DNA of 64,000 bases from Bacteriovoracaceae bacterium (GTDB taxonomy: Bacteria > Bdellovibrionota > Bacteriovoracia > Bacteriovoracales > Bacteriovoracaceae): contig JBLWTJ010000001.1 of assembly GCA_048270185.1 (NCBI GenBank), positions 800,001-864,000 of the forward strand, in the 5' to 3' direction. This document shows, one piece after another, positions 49,656 through 60,928 of this stretch. A model generated the notes under the pieces. The model was not told where the DNA came from. It ran no database searches and saw only the letters and a program-made list of their open reading frames with translations. The stretch's first letter is position 1. Every line of letters begins with the position of its first letter. The translations under genes and the position numbers were made by a program.

Positions 49656-51012
49656 CAGAATCGTCGTCTTCATTAGATAAATATTCTTGGTCATCCTCTT
49701 CCTCTTCTACGCTTTCAAGAAAAATTGGAATCTTAACTTCTACTTTTGTTCCATGAGTATTATCAAAATCAATTGTACCACCAACACGGTCGACAATATA
49801 ACAAAGAATACCGAGCCCCATACCACTACCGGTCTCATTCTCTGTACCTACCCTTGAAGTAACTTTAGAGAATGCCTTAACAGAATTAATGATTTCATCT
49901 GAAATCCCTTCTCCATTATCCTCAACACAAAAACAAAGAGTCGTATTATCTGTATGAATATTTAATTTTACGATATCTCGATATGACGAGAACTTTAAGG
50001 CATTAGTTAAAAGGTTACCAACAATTGTCTTAACAATTATTTCACTGCTAACTTCTGTATAGCAGTCTTCATTTTCACCATTAAAATTCTTAATAAGTTT
50101 CACACGCTTTTGATTGAATCTATCTTTATAGTTCTCATCAATTGTTGTCATAACTTCAAAAATATTAATAGGATAAAGATTCTTTTCATTATCATTATAT
50201 TGATTACTAATCTCGGTCTTAAAGCGAATCAGCTCATCAAGTCGATCATTTGCTTTTTTTACATATGAGATATCATCTTTTTTAATTGCACGACTTAAAG
50301 ATAGTGAAACGAAATTTAAATCATTAGAAGTATCATGGATTAGCGCTTTATATAGAGAATTCGTTAGTTTTAACTCAGACTGTAATTTGTGATCAAGTGA
50401 TACTTTCTTATCGAGAAGCTTTAAAAGGAATCCCAACATAATTGAAACATATGTGAAGACAGCTCCTGTCCACCCCCATAATTCTGCACCTTCATCAAAT
50501 CTAAAGAATGGGTATGTTAATGTATTAACGATACCTGAAAACAGAATTAAAGAATAAAAGTAATTGGCAGCTTTGTTTAATCTCTTTAGATGAAAGTAAA
50601 GAGCAATAGCTCCAGGCATATATCCACTTATAGAGAATAAGAGAGTATAGGCCGTAAAATTATCTGTTTGAGAGAAAATAACCCCACTTATTGCGATACA
50701 AATAAGATGCAAAGAAATGAATTTATTTCGATATTTTGTAAGTTTACCGTCCATAAAGTAATTACCAAGGAAGTAAACAGGAATAAGTTGGAGCGTAAAT
50801 ACAGCAGCTGCCATCACTTTTGTTTGCCCAAAGAATAACGTTATAACGTAAACGATAAAGACGCTCGTAATAAACCTTTTAAACTGAGTGTAATCTTCAG
50901 TCTTATCAACCGCAGCAACGATGTAGACACAAATGTTACACATTACAAGAAAGGCCAGTAGCGAAATATATAGAATCAGCATATTATTCATAAAGTTATA
51001 TCTATCAAACAA
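49645..51012 (-). CDS. Orphan multi-TM (about 7) sensor histidine kinase
   Basis: About 200-aa hydrophobic N-terminus; LIHDTSN, NLLTNALKFS, EDNGEG, GSGMGL; start may be ATG 50991. Confidence 0.9.
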   Translation of the reverse strand: MFDRYNFMNNMLILYISLLAFLVMCNICVYIVAAVDKTEDYTQFKRFITSVFIVYVITLFFGQTKVMAAAVFTLQLIPVYFLGNYFMDGKLTKYRNKFISLHLICIAISGVIFSQTDNFTAYTLLFSISGYMPGAIALYFHLKRLNKAANYFYSLILFSGIVNTLTYPFFRFDEGAELWGWTGAVFTYVSIMLGFLLKLLDKKVSLDHKLQSELKLTNSLYKALIHDTSNDLNFVSLSLSRAIKKDDISYVKKANDRLDELIRFKTEISNQYNDNEKNLYPINIFEVMTTIDENYKDRFNQKRVKLIKNFNGENEDCYTEVSSEIIVKTIVGNLLTNALKFSSYRDIVKLNIHTDNTTLCFCVEDNGEGISDEIINSVKAFSKVTSRVGTENETGSGMGLGILCYIVDRVGGTIDFDNTHGTKVEVKIPIFLESVEEEEDDQEYLSNEDDDSVIQ

Positions 51013-51120
51013 ACTTTAGGTTAGAAAACATTAATAAATATTATGTATTTTCTACCAGTCCTAAGTGGTTAAAATCATTAGTAAGTTAAAAAATAATCAG
51101 CAAAAAAATTAATTAATTAA

Positions 51121-51147
51121 TAACTCAATCTCAACTTAATTGAGTTA
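51121..51147 (-). terminator. AT-rich hairpin at the end of the zincin gene
   Basis: taactcaat-N9-attgagtta. Confidence 0.4.
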
Positions 51148-52005
51148 CAAATTGGAATAACACTCTCTTAGTAAATTTCCATACTCTCTTTCAAGAGTAT
51201 CAAGTAAATCAGCAGATGAGCGAGGCGCTTGGTAGTACTTAACAAAGTGCTCATAAACATCACGTCTTAAATGATCGGGAAAGTTCAGCTCATTTAGATC
51301 AAGCCCCTTGCCTTTAATGAAGATCGAGCTAGGAGTGAAGCGTTTAGAATAATCTACAATATTTAAAGTATCTTTAAAGCGAATATCTCCATCAGGGAAT
51401 AAGCGGGCCTTAATTCTTGCAAGTCCCTTTTCTCCAAAGCATGAGTTCTTAATTGAATTTATACCGTGAGCAAGTAGCAAATCTTGAATATTTGATTTAA
51501 CACCGATGATTAGATCAGAGGCCGTGTAGCCAAAGAATTCATGTGTAGCAATGAGAGAATTCGTTCCCCTAGCGTTGGCCCTAAACCAATCTTGCGTGCG
51601 AGAGAGAGCCTCTTCAGTCGTGCTACGGCTCCCTTTTACAAGGACATCAAAGTCTGCGTGCATGAGTTCATGAAAAATCGTTGAAGCGAGAATATCAAAT
51701 TCATACTTACGAGACTGAGGAAAATCACTAGCACCTACAATACGATTACCACGCCAATTCTTTTCACGTAATACAATGGTATTGGTTTTATCGTTATAAG
51801 TCGCTTCAGCTCCAGACTTATTCATCATCCATCTTTCAAATGCATTCGGTTTGCGAATACGAACCTTTGAAATGACAGAATCGAGTCGAGATGAATTTAG
51901 ACCAAAGTGCTTATCTAAAGAATCTGAAAATTCAGAGATTGTCACCGGAGAGGCCGCAAGGACATAAGTTGCAAATAAGAGTGATAAAATAGCTTTCATA
52001 TCCAT
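51145..52005 (-). CDS. Secreted putative zinc metallopeptidase (HExxH)
   Basis: Signal peptide; TIFHELMHAD and downstream THEFFGY. Confidence 0.6.
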   Translation of the reverse strand: MDMKAILSLLFATYVLAASPVTISEFSDSLDKHFGLNSSRLDSVISKVRIRKPNAFERWMMNKSGAEATYNDKTNTIVLREKNWRGNRIVGASDFPQSRKYEFDILASTIFHELMHADFDVLVKGSRSTTEEALSRTQDWFRANARGTNSLIATHEFFGYTASDLIIGVKSNIQDLLLAHGINSIKNSCFGEKGLARIKARLFPDGDIRFKDTLNIVDYSKRFTPSSIFIKGKGLDLNELNFPDHLRRDVYEHFVKYYQAPRSSADLLDTLEREYGNLLRECYSNL

Positions 52006-52106
52006 ATTAAACCTCGTCCTACACGCAATTACTATATGTGTAAGATGATATGAGATTCGCTATTTCTTGAAATGTGAATTGAGATTAAGAGAGAATGAAT
52101 TTAGGT

Positions 52107-53441
52107 TTACTTATCAATACCGTTTAAAATAAAGGTAAAATTAGTACCCTTATCAAGTTCTGAAGTCACTTTAAACTCTCCACCAATTTCTTCGATGAAG
52201 TGGATTGCAATGGCAAGACCATTTCCTGATCCTTGTTCATTCATTGTGCCATTACTAGAATCTAACTCGTGTAAATTATAAAGCTTTCTAAGGGTCTTTT
52301 GGTTCATGCCAACGCCTTCATCAATCACTTCAATGACACAAAGATTTTCTTTCTTTAGATGGCTTAATTTTACAGTAACGCTACTATCTGAAGAAGAGAA
52401 CTTAATTGCATTTTGAATAAGATTTGTCAGAATATTTTCTTTTAAAATTGTTGGGTTTGTTTCGACAAAGACATCTGCTTCCGCATCAATTCTTAATTCA
52501 ACATTCTTATTGAGGGCGTAATCAGAGAGATCATTAAGACTTTCTTGGACTAGTTTTCGTATATCAATTTTCATTTTAAATAAACGTGTCGATTGTGAGT
52601 TTTTAATAATCCCATTGACCGCAGCAATATAGGAATCAATTTTATCAACTGCACCATCAATATCGCCACGAGAAATTTTCATTTTGGCAAACTCTAGCAT
52701 TTGAAGCTTATTATAGATATCGTGATTAAGGGTGCGATTTAAGACTTGAAGCTTGCGATTCAGCTCTAATTGCTTCACGGACATAGTTTCAAGCTTCATT
52801 GTTTTAAGTTCAAGAGAGTTAGCATACTCGAGATTTTCAAAAACCACGCGCTCAAGCTGGCGAGGGCCAACAAAGAAGCGTCGATGAATTTGCAAAATAC
52901 TCCAACGATTAAGAATACCGTTTAATTGAAATTCAACACGATCCTCATGCTCTTTAAAACTTACAGAGATGGGTTTTTTATACTTAAAGAACATCATGGG
53001 AAAGTGGCGAAAAATACCAACATACATATTCACAAACTCTTCAAATGGACGAGTATCACTGTGAAAAAGAAAAGAAATATTTAAGCTAGAGCGAGACCCT
53101 CGACTAAAATTGAGTGTTATATTTCGATAAAGGGCCTTAAATGCGTATTTTAGAAGGAAGCGAATAATAAAAACTTCCCCTGTAAAATAGCTAGCAACAT
53201 GAAGAAGTGAGCTAAAGATTGAATTCTCTACCCCGGTATTCGTAACTAACTTCACGTAGTCGGGGTAAGTCTGGGCAAAAGACTTAGTAATTAAACTAAA
53301 CTCTTCCCACGACAGCATATCCCTTTGATCTAATAATGAATTATAATCAAAGCCTAGATCCTCGAAGAATTCTCTCGGATCATCATTTTTAACCTTAATG
53401 GCATCAATATAAGCAACTAGCGCTTTATTACTTACGTCCAT
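52107..53441 (-). CDS. Orphan histidine kinase with a largely soluble N-terminal ligand-binding-like domain
   Basis: LNHDIYN, NLIQNAIKFS, DEGVG, GSGNGL. Confidence 0.88.
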   Translation of the reverse strand: MDVSNKALVAYIDAIKVKNDDPREFFEDLGFDYNSLLDQRDMLSWEEFSLITKSFAQTYPDYVKLVTNTGVENSIFSSLLHVASYFTGEVFIIRFLLKYAFKALYRNITLNFSRGSRSSLNISFLFHSDTRPFEEFVNMYVGIFRHFPMMFFKYKKPISVSFKEHEDRVEFQLNGILNRWSILQIHRRFFVGPRQLERVVFENLEYANSLELKTMKLETMSVKQLELNRKLQVLNRTLNHDIYNKLQMLEFAKMKISRGDIDGAVDKIDSYIAAVNGIIKNSQSTRLFKMKIDIRKLVQESLNDLSDYALNKNVELRIDAEADVFVETNPTILKENILTNLIQNAIKFSSSDSSVTVKLSHLKKENLCVIEVIDEGVGMNQKTLRKLYNLHELDSSNGTMNEQGSGNGLAIAIHFIEEIGGEFKVTSELDKGTNFTFILNGIDK

Positions 53442-53514
53442 ACAAGAATTTTAGCGGAATAATGAACTAAAGGGAACTTAACTTACATAATAGTAAGGTA
53501 ATTTGTTTTACATA

Positions 53515-53797
53515 AACATCCTGCGGTAAAAGTACCTGAAAGGGCAGTTTTGAAGCAGAGATGAATGTTATGTCCAGTATGGACGGTATGTCTGCGAGAG
53601 GCAGGAGCCGGAGCAGACGAATTAAAGAAAGCTAGCCGCAGGCGCGGCTTTCGGTTTAAGACACAAAAAGGAATGGTCCCTTTGCGCTTGAGACAACAAA
53701 GCCAGCTTAAAAGCTGGCTTGTTGAAGTTTGATTTCATTTCAGGCGCTGGGCGCCCTAACTGCGTCATATCTTCGCTTTGCGAAGATGCCGCAGTTA
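53515..53797. other. GC-rich multi-hairpin intergenic element (REP/REPIN-like or structured RNA)
   Basis: At least six stems, e.g. aagccagctt/aagctggctt and taactgcg..atcttcgc/gcgaagat..cgcagtta. Confidence 0.6.
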
Positions 53798-55021
53798 ACC
53801 CCCGAAGTCGTCGAGCATGATATCTTCTCTTTCTACACCTAGATCGATAAGCATGTCGATTACACATTGGTTCATGATTGGAGGACCACATAGGTAGTAC
53901 TCACAATCTTCAGGAGCAGGGTGCTTACTTAGGTATTCATCATGTAGTACTTGGTGAATAAACCCTGTATAACCATCCCAATTATCTTCTGGTAGAGCAT
54001 CTGAAAGAGCTACGTGCCAAGTGAAGTTATCATTTTCGGCTTGTAGGCCATCAAAATCTTCAACGTAGAACATTTCTCTCTTAGAACGTGCACCGTACCA
54101 GAAAGTCATCTTACGTTTAGAGTGTAGTCTCTTAAGTTGGTCAAAGATGTGTGAACGCATTGGCGCCATACCAGCTCCACCACCAACGAAAACCATTTCT
54201 TTATCTGTATCACGAGCAAAGAACTCACCAAATGGTCCAGAGATAGTAACCTTATCTCCTGGTTTACAGCTAAAGATATAAGAAGACATTTTACCTGGAG
54301 GAGTTCCCTTAGGAGCTCTTGGAGGAGGAGAAGCAATACGCACGTTTAGCATAATGATCCCTTTCTCTTCCGGGTAATTTGCCATTGAGTAAGCTCTGAT
54401 CGTTTCTTCATTAACAGTCGAATTATACTGCCAAAGATTAAAGTGATCCCAGTCCCCTCTATATTCTTCTTCAACATCGAAGTCTTTGTAGTCAATAGAA
54501 AGTCCTGCAGGTCTTTCGATTTGGATGTAACCACCAGCTCTAAAAGGAACTGACTCACCTTCAGGAAGCTCAAGTACGAACTCCTTAATGAAAGTAGCAA
54601 CATTGTGGTTAGATCTAACCGTACATTCCCACTTCTTTACACCAAATACTGACTCTTCAACTTCAACTTCCATATCAGTTTTAATACCAACCTGACATGC
54701 TAGTCTTAGTCCCTCACGAGCTTCTTTCTTAGAAATATGTGACATTTCTGTCTCTAAGATTTCCCCTCCACCTGAGTGAACGTGTACAGTACATTGACCA
54801 CAAGTACCCCCACCACCACAGGCAGAAGATACGAATAATTTTTGATCAGCAAGAGCGTTTAGAAGCTTTCCACCAGCTGGAATGCTTACAACTTTCTCAC
54901 CGTTAATTGTTAATTTAACGTCACCACTTGAAACCAGCTTTGACTTAGCAAAAAGAATTACTAAAACAAGTGCCAGAACCACAACGGTAAACATTAAAAC
55001 ACCAAGAATAATTGCATTCAT
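53795..55021 (-). CDS. nqrF: Na+-NQR subunit F
   Basis: [37 protein letters not shown]. Confidence 0.98.
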   Translation of the reverse strand: MNAIILGVLMFTVVVLALVLVILFAKSKLVSSGDVKLTINGEKVVSIPAGGKLLNALADQKLFVSSACGGGGTCGQCTVHVHSGGGEILETEMSHISKKEAREGLRLACQVGIKTDMEVEVEESVFGVKKWECTVRSNHNVATFIKEFVLELPEGESVPFRAGGYIQIERPAGLSIDYKDFDVEEEYRGDWDHFNLWQYNSTVNEETIRAYSMANYPEEKGIIMLNVRIASPPPRAPKGTPPGKMSSYIFSCKPGDKVTISGPFGEFFARDTDKEMVFVGGGAGMAPMRSHIFDQLKRLHSKRKMTFWYGARSKREMFYVEDFDGLQAENDNFTWHVALSDALPEDNWDGYTGFIHQVLHDEYLSKHPAPEDCEYYLCGPPIMNQCVIDMLIDLGVEREDIMLDDFGG

Positions 55022-55049
55022 AATATTTCCTTTTTATTACTTACCGTTA

Positions 55050-55661
55050 CTAAAGTTGGATTCCTGAAAAACTTAGGAAACCAAGTGCCATTAGACCTAC
55101 AGTGATAAAAGTGATCCCAAGACCCTTAAGTCCATCAGGAACGTCACTATACTTCATTTTCTCTCTAATACCTGCAAGAGCTGCAATCGCTAGGGCCCAT
55201 CCAAAACCTGAACCTAGACCGAAAACAACAGACTCTCCAAAATTATAATCTCTTTCCACCATGAAAAGTGAACCACCAAGAATGGCACAGTTTACAGTGA
55301 TAAGAGGAAGGAAAATCCCTAGAGCGTTATAAAGAGCTGGCATATACTTATCTAAGAACATTTCTAGGATCTGTACCATCGCCGCGATTACACCGATGTA
55401 ACAAATTAGACCTAGGAATGAAAGATCAGTACCAGGAATACCTGCCCAAGCAAGAGCATTGTCTTTTAGTAAGTAGTTAAAAAGTAGATTGTTAATTGGG
55501 ATTGTAATTGTTTGAACAACAACAACCGCAACACCTAGACCTAGAGAAGTCTTAACTTTTTTCGATACAGCTAGGAACGTACACATACCTAGGAAGAACG
55601 CAAGAGCTAAGTTTTCAATAAATACCGCTTTAATAAATAAACTTAAATAATGTTCTAACAT
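55050..55661 (-). CDS. nqrE: Na+-NQR subunit E
   Basis: [21 protein letters not shown]. Confidence 0.97.
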   Translation of the reverse strand: MLEHYLSLFIKAVFIENLALAFFLGMCTFLAVSKKVKTSLGLGVAVVVVQTITIPINNLLFNYLLKDNALAWAGIPGTDLSFLGLICYIGVIAAMVQILEMFLDKYMPALYNALGIFLPLITVNCAILGGSLFMVERDYNFGESVVFGLGSGFGWALAIAALAGIREKMKYSDVPDGLKGLGITFITVGLMALGFLSFSGIQL

Positions 55662-55674
55662 AATTCACCTACCC

Positions 55675-56292
55675 TTACATTTCTTCTACTTGATCTTTCT
55701 TCCAAGTACGTAGACCCCAGATGAAAAAACCAATTAAGAAGAACGCAGATGGTGCAAGAAGCGCCATACCATTAGTTTGGTACCAACCACCTTCTCCAGT
55801 TGTTGCTAAAATAGAAACTCCAAATAGCTTTCCTGAACCAAGAAGCTCTCTAAAGAATCCAACAAATACAAGAACGATTGAATAACCGATACCGTTACCA
55901 ATACCATCAAAGAATGACATAATTGGTGGGTTCTTCATCGCATATGCTTCCGCACGTCCCATAACAATACAGTTTGTAATGATAAGACCAATATAAACTG
56001 ACATCGATTTTGCAACATCATATACGTAAGCTTTTAGTACTTGATCTGTCACGATAACTAGTGAAGCAATAATCGTCATCATAACGATGATACGAATTGC
56101 ACTTGGAACGTGATTTCTAATAAGAGATACGAATAAGTTAGAGAAAGCTGTAACAACTGTTACCGCTAAACACATAACTGCTACTGACTCCATCTTCGTC
56201 GTAACCGCTAGAGCAGAACAAATACCAAGGATTTGAAGTGCAATTGGGTTATTCTCAAATAATGGAGAAACTACTGTTTCTTTAAAATTCAT
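55675..56292 (-). CDS. nqrD: Na+-NQR subunit D
   Basis: [22 protein letters not shown]. Confidence 0.97.
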   Translation of the reverse strand: MNFKETVVSPLFENNPIALQILGICSALAVTTKMESVAVMCLAVTVVTAFSNLFVSLIRNHVPSAIRIIVMMTIIASLVIVTDQVLKAYVYDVAKSMSVYIGLIITNCIVMGRAEAYAMKNPPIMSFFDGIGNGIGYSIVLVFVGFFRELLGSGKLFGVSILATTGEGGWYQTNGMALLAPSAFFLIGFFIWGLRTWKKDQVEEM

Positions 56293-57065
56293 TATTCACC
56301 CCCGCCTTGTGTGAATTTCTCAATGAATGGACCAAATGCATCGTCCCCCATCCAGTAGCGAACAGTTCCTGTTACACCATTAGCTGTCAGAGTCGCACCT
56401 GAAAGACCATCGATATCAAAGCTGCTTGCTTTACTAGCTTCACCTTTAATAACTTGAATTTGTGGATTTCCATTCTCTCCAAAGATTTTCTTCCCTGGCC
56501 AGACTGATCTCCAGTGTGGGTTATCAATCTCACCACCAAGACCTGGAGTCTCACCGTGCGAGTAGAAACCAATACCTTTAACAGTATTAAGATCTGTCTC
56601 AAGAACTAAGAAACCATACATTGTCGACCAAAGACCTTTCCCGTGAATTGGGAATACAACAGACTTAACTGTTTCACCGTCTTTAACGAAGAAAACTTTA
56701 CTGTACTTTGCACGGAATTTAATTCTTCCCTTATCTTGATCCGCAGGAATCTTATAATTCATCTTTGGATCTTTAGCAGCTTTAACAGCGTCGTATTTTG
56801 AAACATTCACATCAGTTACGTATTCACCTGTTGCAAGATCAACAAGCTTCTCTTCAATATTTGTGTATGCTTCTTCGATTTCTTTTTTCCCTGCTTTAGC
56901 TTCAACAAGCCCAGCAGTCATAAGAAGGTTCTTTTTAATATCTAATTCTTTATTAATCGTTTGTAGTGGCTTTAGTGAAACCGCAGACCAAGAAACGACG
57001 ACTGAACATATAACACAAAGAAGTGTCGCTACGATCAGAGTTTTTGCAGTACTATCATTACTCAT
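56292..57065 (-). CDS. nqrC: Na+-NQR subunit C
   Basis: [25 protein letters not shown] (FMN site). Confidence 0.97.
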   Translation of the reverse strand: MSNDSTAKTLIVATLLCVICSVVVSWSAVSLKPLQTINKELDIKKNLLMTAGLVEAKAGKKEIEEAYTNIEEKLVDLATGEYVTDVNVSKYDAVKAAKDPKMNYKIPADQDKGRIKFRAKYSKVFFVKDGETVKSVVFPIHGKGLWSTMYGFLVLETDLNTVKGIGFYSHGETPGLGGEIDNPHWRSVWPGKKIFGENGNPQIQVIKGEASKASSFDIDGLSGATLTANGVTGTVRYWMGDDAFGPFIEKFTQGGGE

Positions 57066-57074
57066 TACTGCCCC

Positions 57075-58274
57075 CTATACCGTCTTGTAGCCGTTTGCAC
57101 GTTTCTTGATATTACCTTGAATAACAAAGTAATCAATTAATGGTGCAAAACAATTTCCGAAAAGAATGGCAAGCATTGTTCCTTCCGGGAAAGCTGGGTT
57201 AATAACACGAACAAGGATAACCATGAAACCGATTAGGGCACCATAGAACCAATGTCCTTTTGGAGTCATTGAAGCTGATACTGGATCAGTTGCCATGAAT
57301 ACTGTACCGAATGCGAACCCACCAAGAACTAAATGCCAAAGAGGAGTTACTGAGAACATTGGATTAGTAGTTGATCCAATTACATTTAGAAGTCCAGAAG
57401 TAATAACGGCCGCTAAAGTCATTGAAAGCATGATTCTCCAAGAACCGATACCAGCGATAATTAGAACCGCAGCACCAATTAAACAAGCAAGAGCAGAAGT
57501 CTCACCCATTGAACCAGGAATAAGTCCTAAGAAAGCATCTTGCATTGAAACTGTGATCGCTTGAACACCACCAATTGCAGCTTGTGAAAGTGCAGTTGCT
57601 CCAGTGAATCCATCAACAGCAGTCCAAACCGCGTCACCTGAAATCTGTGCAGGATATGCAAAGAAAAGGAAAGCACGAGCAGTAAGAGCTGGGTTTAAGA
57701 AGTTTTTACCTGTTCCACCAAACACCTCTTTACCGATTAGAACACCGAAAGAGATCCCTACAGCAACTTGCCATAATGGGATAGTAGGAGGAAGAGTTAG
57801 AGGGAAAAGCATCCCAGTAACAAGGAAACCTTCATTGATTTCGTGACCACGAACGATCGCGAAAAGCGCTTCCCAAAAACCACCAGCAATTTGAGTTACT
57901 AGGAAGATTGGAAAGAAATAAAGGAAACCGTGAAGTAGATTAGCAACATAGCTATCAGGAGAAAAACCAGCTCCAAGTGCCATGATGATATCAGCACGCC
58001 ACCCCTCTGGAGTCATGCTAGCAGCTGCAAGAGCAGAGTTCGCTTGAAAACCAGTGTTGTACATTGCCATGAACATCGCAGGAATAAGAGCGATGGCCAC
58101 AGTGATCATTAATCTTTTTAAATCAAGTGTGTCTCTAACATGAACAGTACCTTTTGATACACCACCTGGTGTATAAAGGAATGTGTCGATCATTTCATAC
58201 ACAGCATAAAATTTTTCGAACTTTCCACCTTTGGCAAAGTTGTCATGTTGAGAATCTAGAAGTTTACGCAACAT
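57075..58274 (-). CDS. nqrB: Na+-NQR subunit B
   Basis: [28 protein letters not shown]. Confidence 0.97.
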   Translation of the reverse strand: MLRKLLDSQHDNFAKGGKFEKFYAVYEMIDTFLYTPGGVSKGTVHVRDTLDLKRLMITVAIALIPAMFMAMYNTGFQANSALAAASMTPEGWRADIIMALGAGFSPDSYVANLLHGFLYFFPIFLVTQIAGGFWEALFAIVRGHEINEGFLVTGMLFPLTLPPTIPLWQVAVGISFGVLIGKEVFGGTGKNFLNPALTARAFLFFAYPAQISGDAVWTAVDGFTGATALSQAAIGGVQAITVSMQDAFLGLIPGSMGETSALACLIGAAVLIIAGIGSWRIMLSMTLAAVITSGLLNVIGSTTNPMFSVTPLWHLVLGGFAFGTVFMATDPVSASMTPKGHWFYGALIGFMVILVRVINPAFPEGTMLAILFGNCFAPLIDYFVIQGNIKKRANGYKTV

Positions 58275-58279
58275 TGTTA

Positions 58280-59623
58280 TTATCCTTCTTTCTCAATAGT
58301 AGTTAAGTTTTCTCTAAGTGCCGGACCGAAATCAACCTTACCAGGACTTACGAAAGTACAAAGAGCGATATCCTCTTCGTCTAACTCAAGGCTTCCTAGC
58401 TCAACAGCATAGTCGTGATCTTTTGTCACAAGTGCTCTTAAAAGTTGAGTTGGTAAAATATCTAGTGGCATTACTTTTTCAAATGATCCAACTGGAACCA
58501 TTGCTCTATCAGAACCATGAGTAGCAGTTGTGAAGTTGAAAATTTGCCCTGGCTTTAGCCAGTGTAAGAATGTGCGCTTAACAGAGAACTTATTAAGACC
58601 TGGTTTATGCCAACCAAGGAACTCTCTCTCACGACCTTCATTTAAAAGGCTGATCTGATTATGAAAACGTCCAAGGTAAGCAAAAGTGCCGGCCATTGAA
58701 CGACCATTAAATACTGAACCTGAAACAACTCTTACTTCTCCGTGTCCGATCTTCCCTGAAGTTACTTCTCCAAGGTGTGCACCAGCAATTGTTTTTACAA
58801 GAGTTGGATTAACAGATGCAGGACCTGCGATCGATATGATTCTTTCATTTGAAAGTTCACCAGTTGTAAATAATTTTCCGATTGCAATTACATCTTGGTA
58901 ACCAATTGACCAAACTGTTTTCTTTGCATTAACCGGATCAACAAAGTGAATATGTGTTCCAGCGTTCCCCGCAGGGTGAACACCAGTAAATTCTTTTGTT
59001 TCCACCTTAGTTGTACTTGGCTTTGGAATCGAAACTCCAGCAGCTTTACAAACATAAGTTTTTCCGTCAGTAAGCTTTGATAGAACCTCTACTCCATTGA
59101 CGAAGTCCTCACTGCTTTCAGCAATAATTAATGCTGGGTCAGCAGCAAGTGGATTTGTATCCATAGCTGTTACGAAAATTGAATGTGGTTCAGAATTAAG
59201 TGCAGGAGCTTTTGAAAATGGTCTTGTTCTTAGAGTTGGCCATAGACCTGATTCAACAAGAAGATCTTGTACTTCTTCTTTTGTTAAATCCTTAACTCCA
59301 GTCCCTTTGTAGTTTTCAAATGTAACTTGCTCATTACCTGAAACTTCAATTACTAAAGTTTCAAACGCTCTTCTTGCACCACGGTTAATTTCGATAACCT
59401 TTCCGCTTACAGGTGCAGTGTAAAGTACACCCTCAACTTTCTTACAAGAAAATAACGCTTGTCCTTTTTTAACTTCATCCCCTACTTGAACAAGCATAGT
59501 TGGTTTCATTCCAACATAATCTGTTCCAGTAAGAGCGACTTTAGTCACTTGAGGCCCTGCCTCAACCTTTTGTGATGGCTTCCCTGTGATAGGAAGGTCC
59601 AATCCTCTCTTAATGTGAATCAT
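58280..59623 (-). CDS. nqrA: Na+-NQR subunit A
   Basis: [25 protein letters not shown]. Confidence 0.97.
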   Translation of the reverse strand: MIHIKRGLDLPITGKPSQKVEAGPQVTKVALTGTDYVGMKPTMLVQVGDEVKKGQALFSCKKVEGVLYTAPVSGKVIEINRGARRAFETLVIEVSGNEQVTFENYKGTGVKDLTKEEVQDLLVESGLWPTLRTRPFSKAPALNSEPHSIFVTAMDTNPLAADPALIIAESSEDFVNGVEVLSKLTDGKTYVCKAAGVSIPKPSTTKVETKEFTGVHPAGNAGTHIHFVDPVNAKKTVWSIGYQDVIAIGKLFTTGELSNERIISIAGPASVNPTLVKTIAGAHLGEVTSGKIGHGEVRVVSGSVFNGRSMAGTFAYLGRFHNQISLLNEGREREFLGWHKPGLNKFSVKRTFLHWLKPGQIFNFTTATHGSDRAMVPVGSFEKVMPLDILPTQLLRALVTKDHDYAVELGSLELDEEDIALCTFVSPGKVDFGPALRENLTTIEKEG

Positions 59624-59782
59624 AGCGACAAATCCCGTTATTTTGGTTTGTTAACAATAAAATATTTATGAAATTATTAATTTTTTTAACAGAAATACAT
59701 AAGGTTGTAACCCTAATTTTAACTAAATGCCATCTATCTAAAGAGACCAGTATGCGTCAAAACGAAGGCTGTTTAGTCTAAA

Positions 59783-60265
59783 TTATTGACCACAACATTT
59801 TTTATATTTCTTACCTGAGCCACATGGACATGGATCGTTGCGGCCAACTTTAGCACCATCTCTCTTAACCTGCGCTACAATAGGCTCTCCATCAACAAAG
59901 AACCAATCTCCGTCAATTTTTACGAACTCAGAACGTTCATAATGCACATGGTCTTGGCCACCTAAACCAAAGTGGGCCTTAAATTCAACCATCCCCCAAT
60001 CATCGCGCTCAGTTCCCTCGGCCGTATCAACAATCTCAAGACCTTTCCATTCAGATTTTGATGACCATGCCTTGATTTCATTTACATCCATATCTTCTCT
60101 ATGATCTGGGTGAGTTGAATCAACGATGAAATCGATATTTCCGATTGTGTAAGCGTGGTAACGTGCACTCATTAATTGCGCTGCTGTTTGGGCCTTAGCT
60201 TCACCCTTAACAATAGCTTCACATGTCTTTGTATCAAGACCAGAATTACTCATAATAAACTCCAT
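59783..60265 (-). CDS. ychJ: YchJ-family protein with SEC-C motif
   Basis: [40 protein letters not shown]. Confidence 0.88.
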   Translation of the reverse strand: MEFIMSNSGLDTKTCEAIVKGEAKAQTAAQLMSARYHAYTIGNIDFIVDSTHPDHREDMDVNEIKAWSSKSEWKGLEIVDTAEGTERDDWGMVEFKAHFGLGGQDHVHYERSEFVKIDGDWFFVDGEPIVAQVKRDGAKVGRNDPCPCGSGKKYKKCCGQ

Positions 60266-60928
60266 TTAAAATCGATATAATAAGTCAGTAAAATTGGTAT
60301 TTGTTTCATCAAAATATACCTTGCTTTCAAGTAGTCGACTAGAAATAAATGTAAAATGCTCTTTGAGCAATTTTTGATATTTTGTTCGACTGCGACGAAT
60401 AGCGTACTCGTCCTTAAACTCAAGCTCTTCTATTTGACGATCTAATTCTTTATCTGTTGGAACTGTGAGATAAAAATACTTGAATCTGGCAGCAATAATT
60501 GGCAGACAAAACTCAATTTCTTCATCTGATAAATATTGAAACACTGACGTGCAAATACCAAGATCATAAGATTTTTTTAAGTTCTCATTCTTCTTGCACC
60601 AAGTGACAATATCCATCTGGTGTAATTTAAATTTAGTGGATTCAACCTTATTAATTTCACGCTTTTTTACGATATTAAAAGCGTAAGCACTCGGCTCAAT
60701 TCCTTCGGCCTTATAGGGTTTGTATTCTTTTAATAAAGCTTCAAATAAATGCCCTAGACCAAAGCCTAGATCAACGATGGAGTTAATATCAATATATTCG
60801 AGCCCAAAGAGATTCTTGATATAGCCAACATGTTGTTCAACATTACCGATACCATCCATCTGATCGGCTTCTTCATAATTAACTTCCCAGTACTTGTCCG
60901 AGAAACCCTTAGCACCTAATTCTTTCAT
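60266..60928 (-). CDS. Class I SAM-dependent methyltransferase
   Basis: IVDLGFGLG, GIEPS, SVFQYL. Confidence 0.8.
   Translation of the reverse strand: MKELGAKGFSDKYWEVNYEEADQMDGIGNVEQHVGYIKNLFGLEYIDINSIVDLGFGLGHLFEALLKEYKPYKAEGIEPSAYAFNIVKKREINKVESTKFKLHQMDIVTWCKKNENLKKSYDLGICTSVFQYLSDEEIEFCLPIIAARFKYFYLTVPTDKELDRQIEELEFKDEYAIRRSRTKYQKLLKEHFTFISSRLLESKVYFDETNTNFTDLLYRF

Noticed and set aside
53622..53891. 89-aa minus-strand ORF spanning the hairpin element
   Set aside because: Overlaps nqrF out of frame, atypical composition, runs through palindromes
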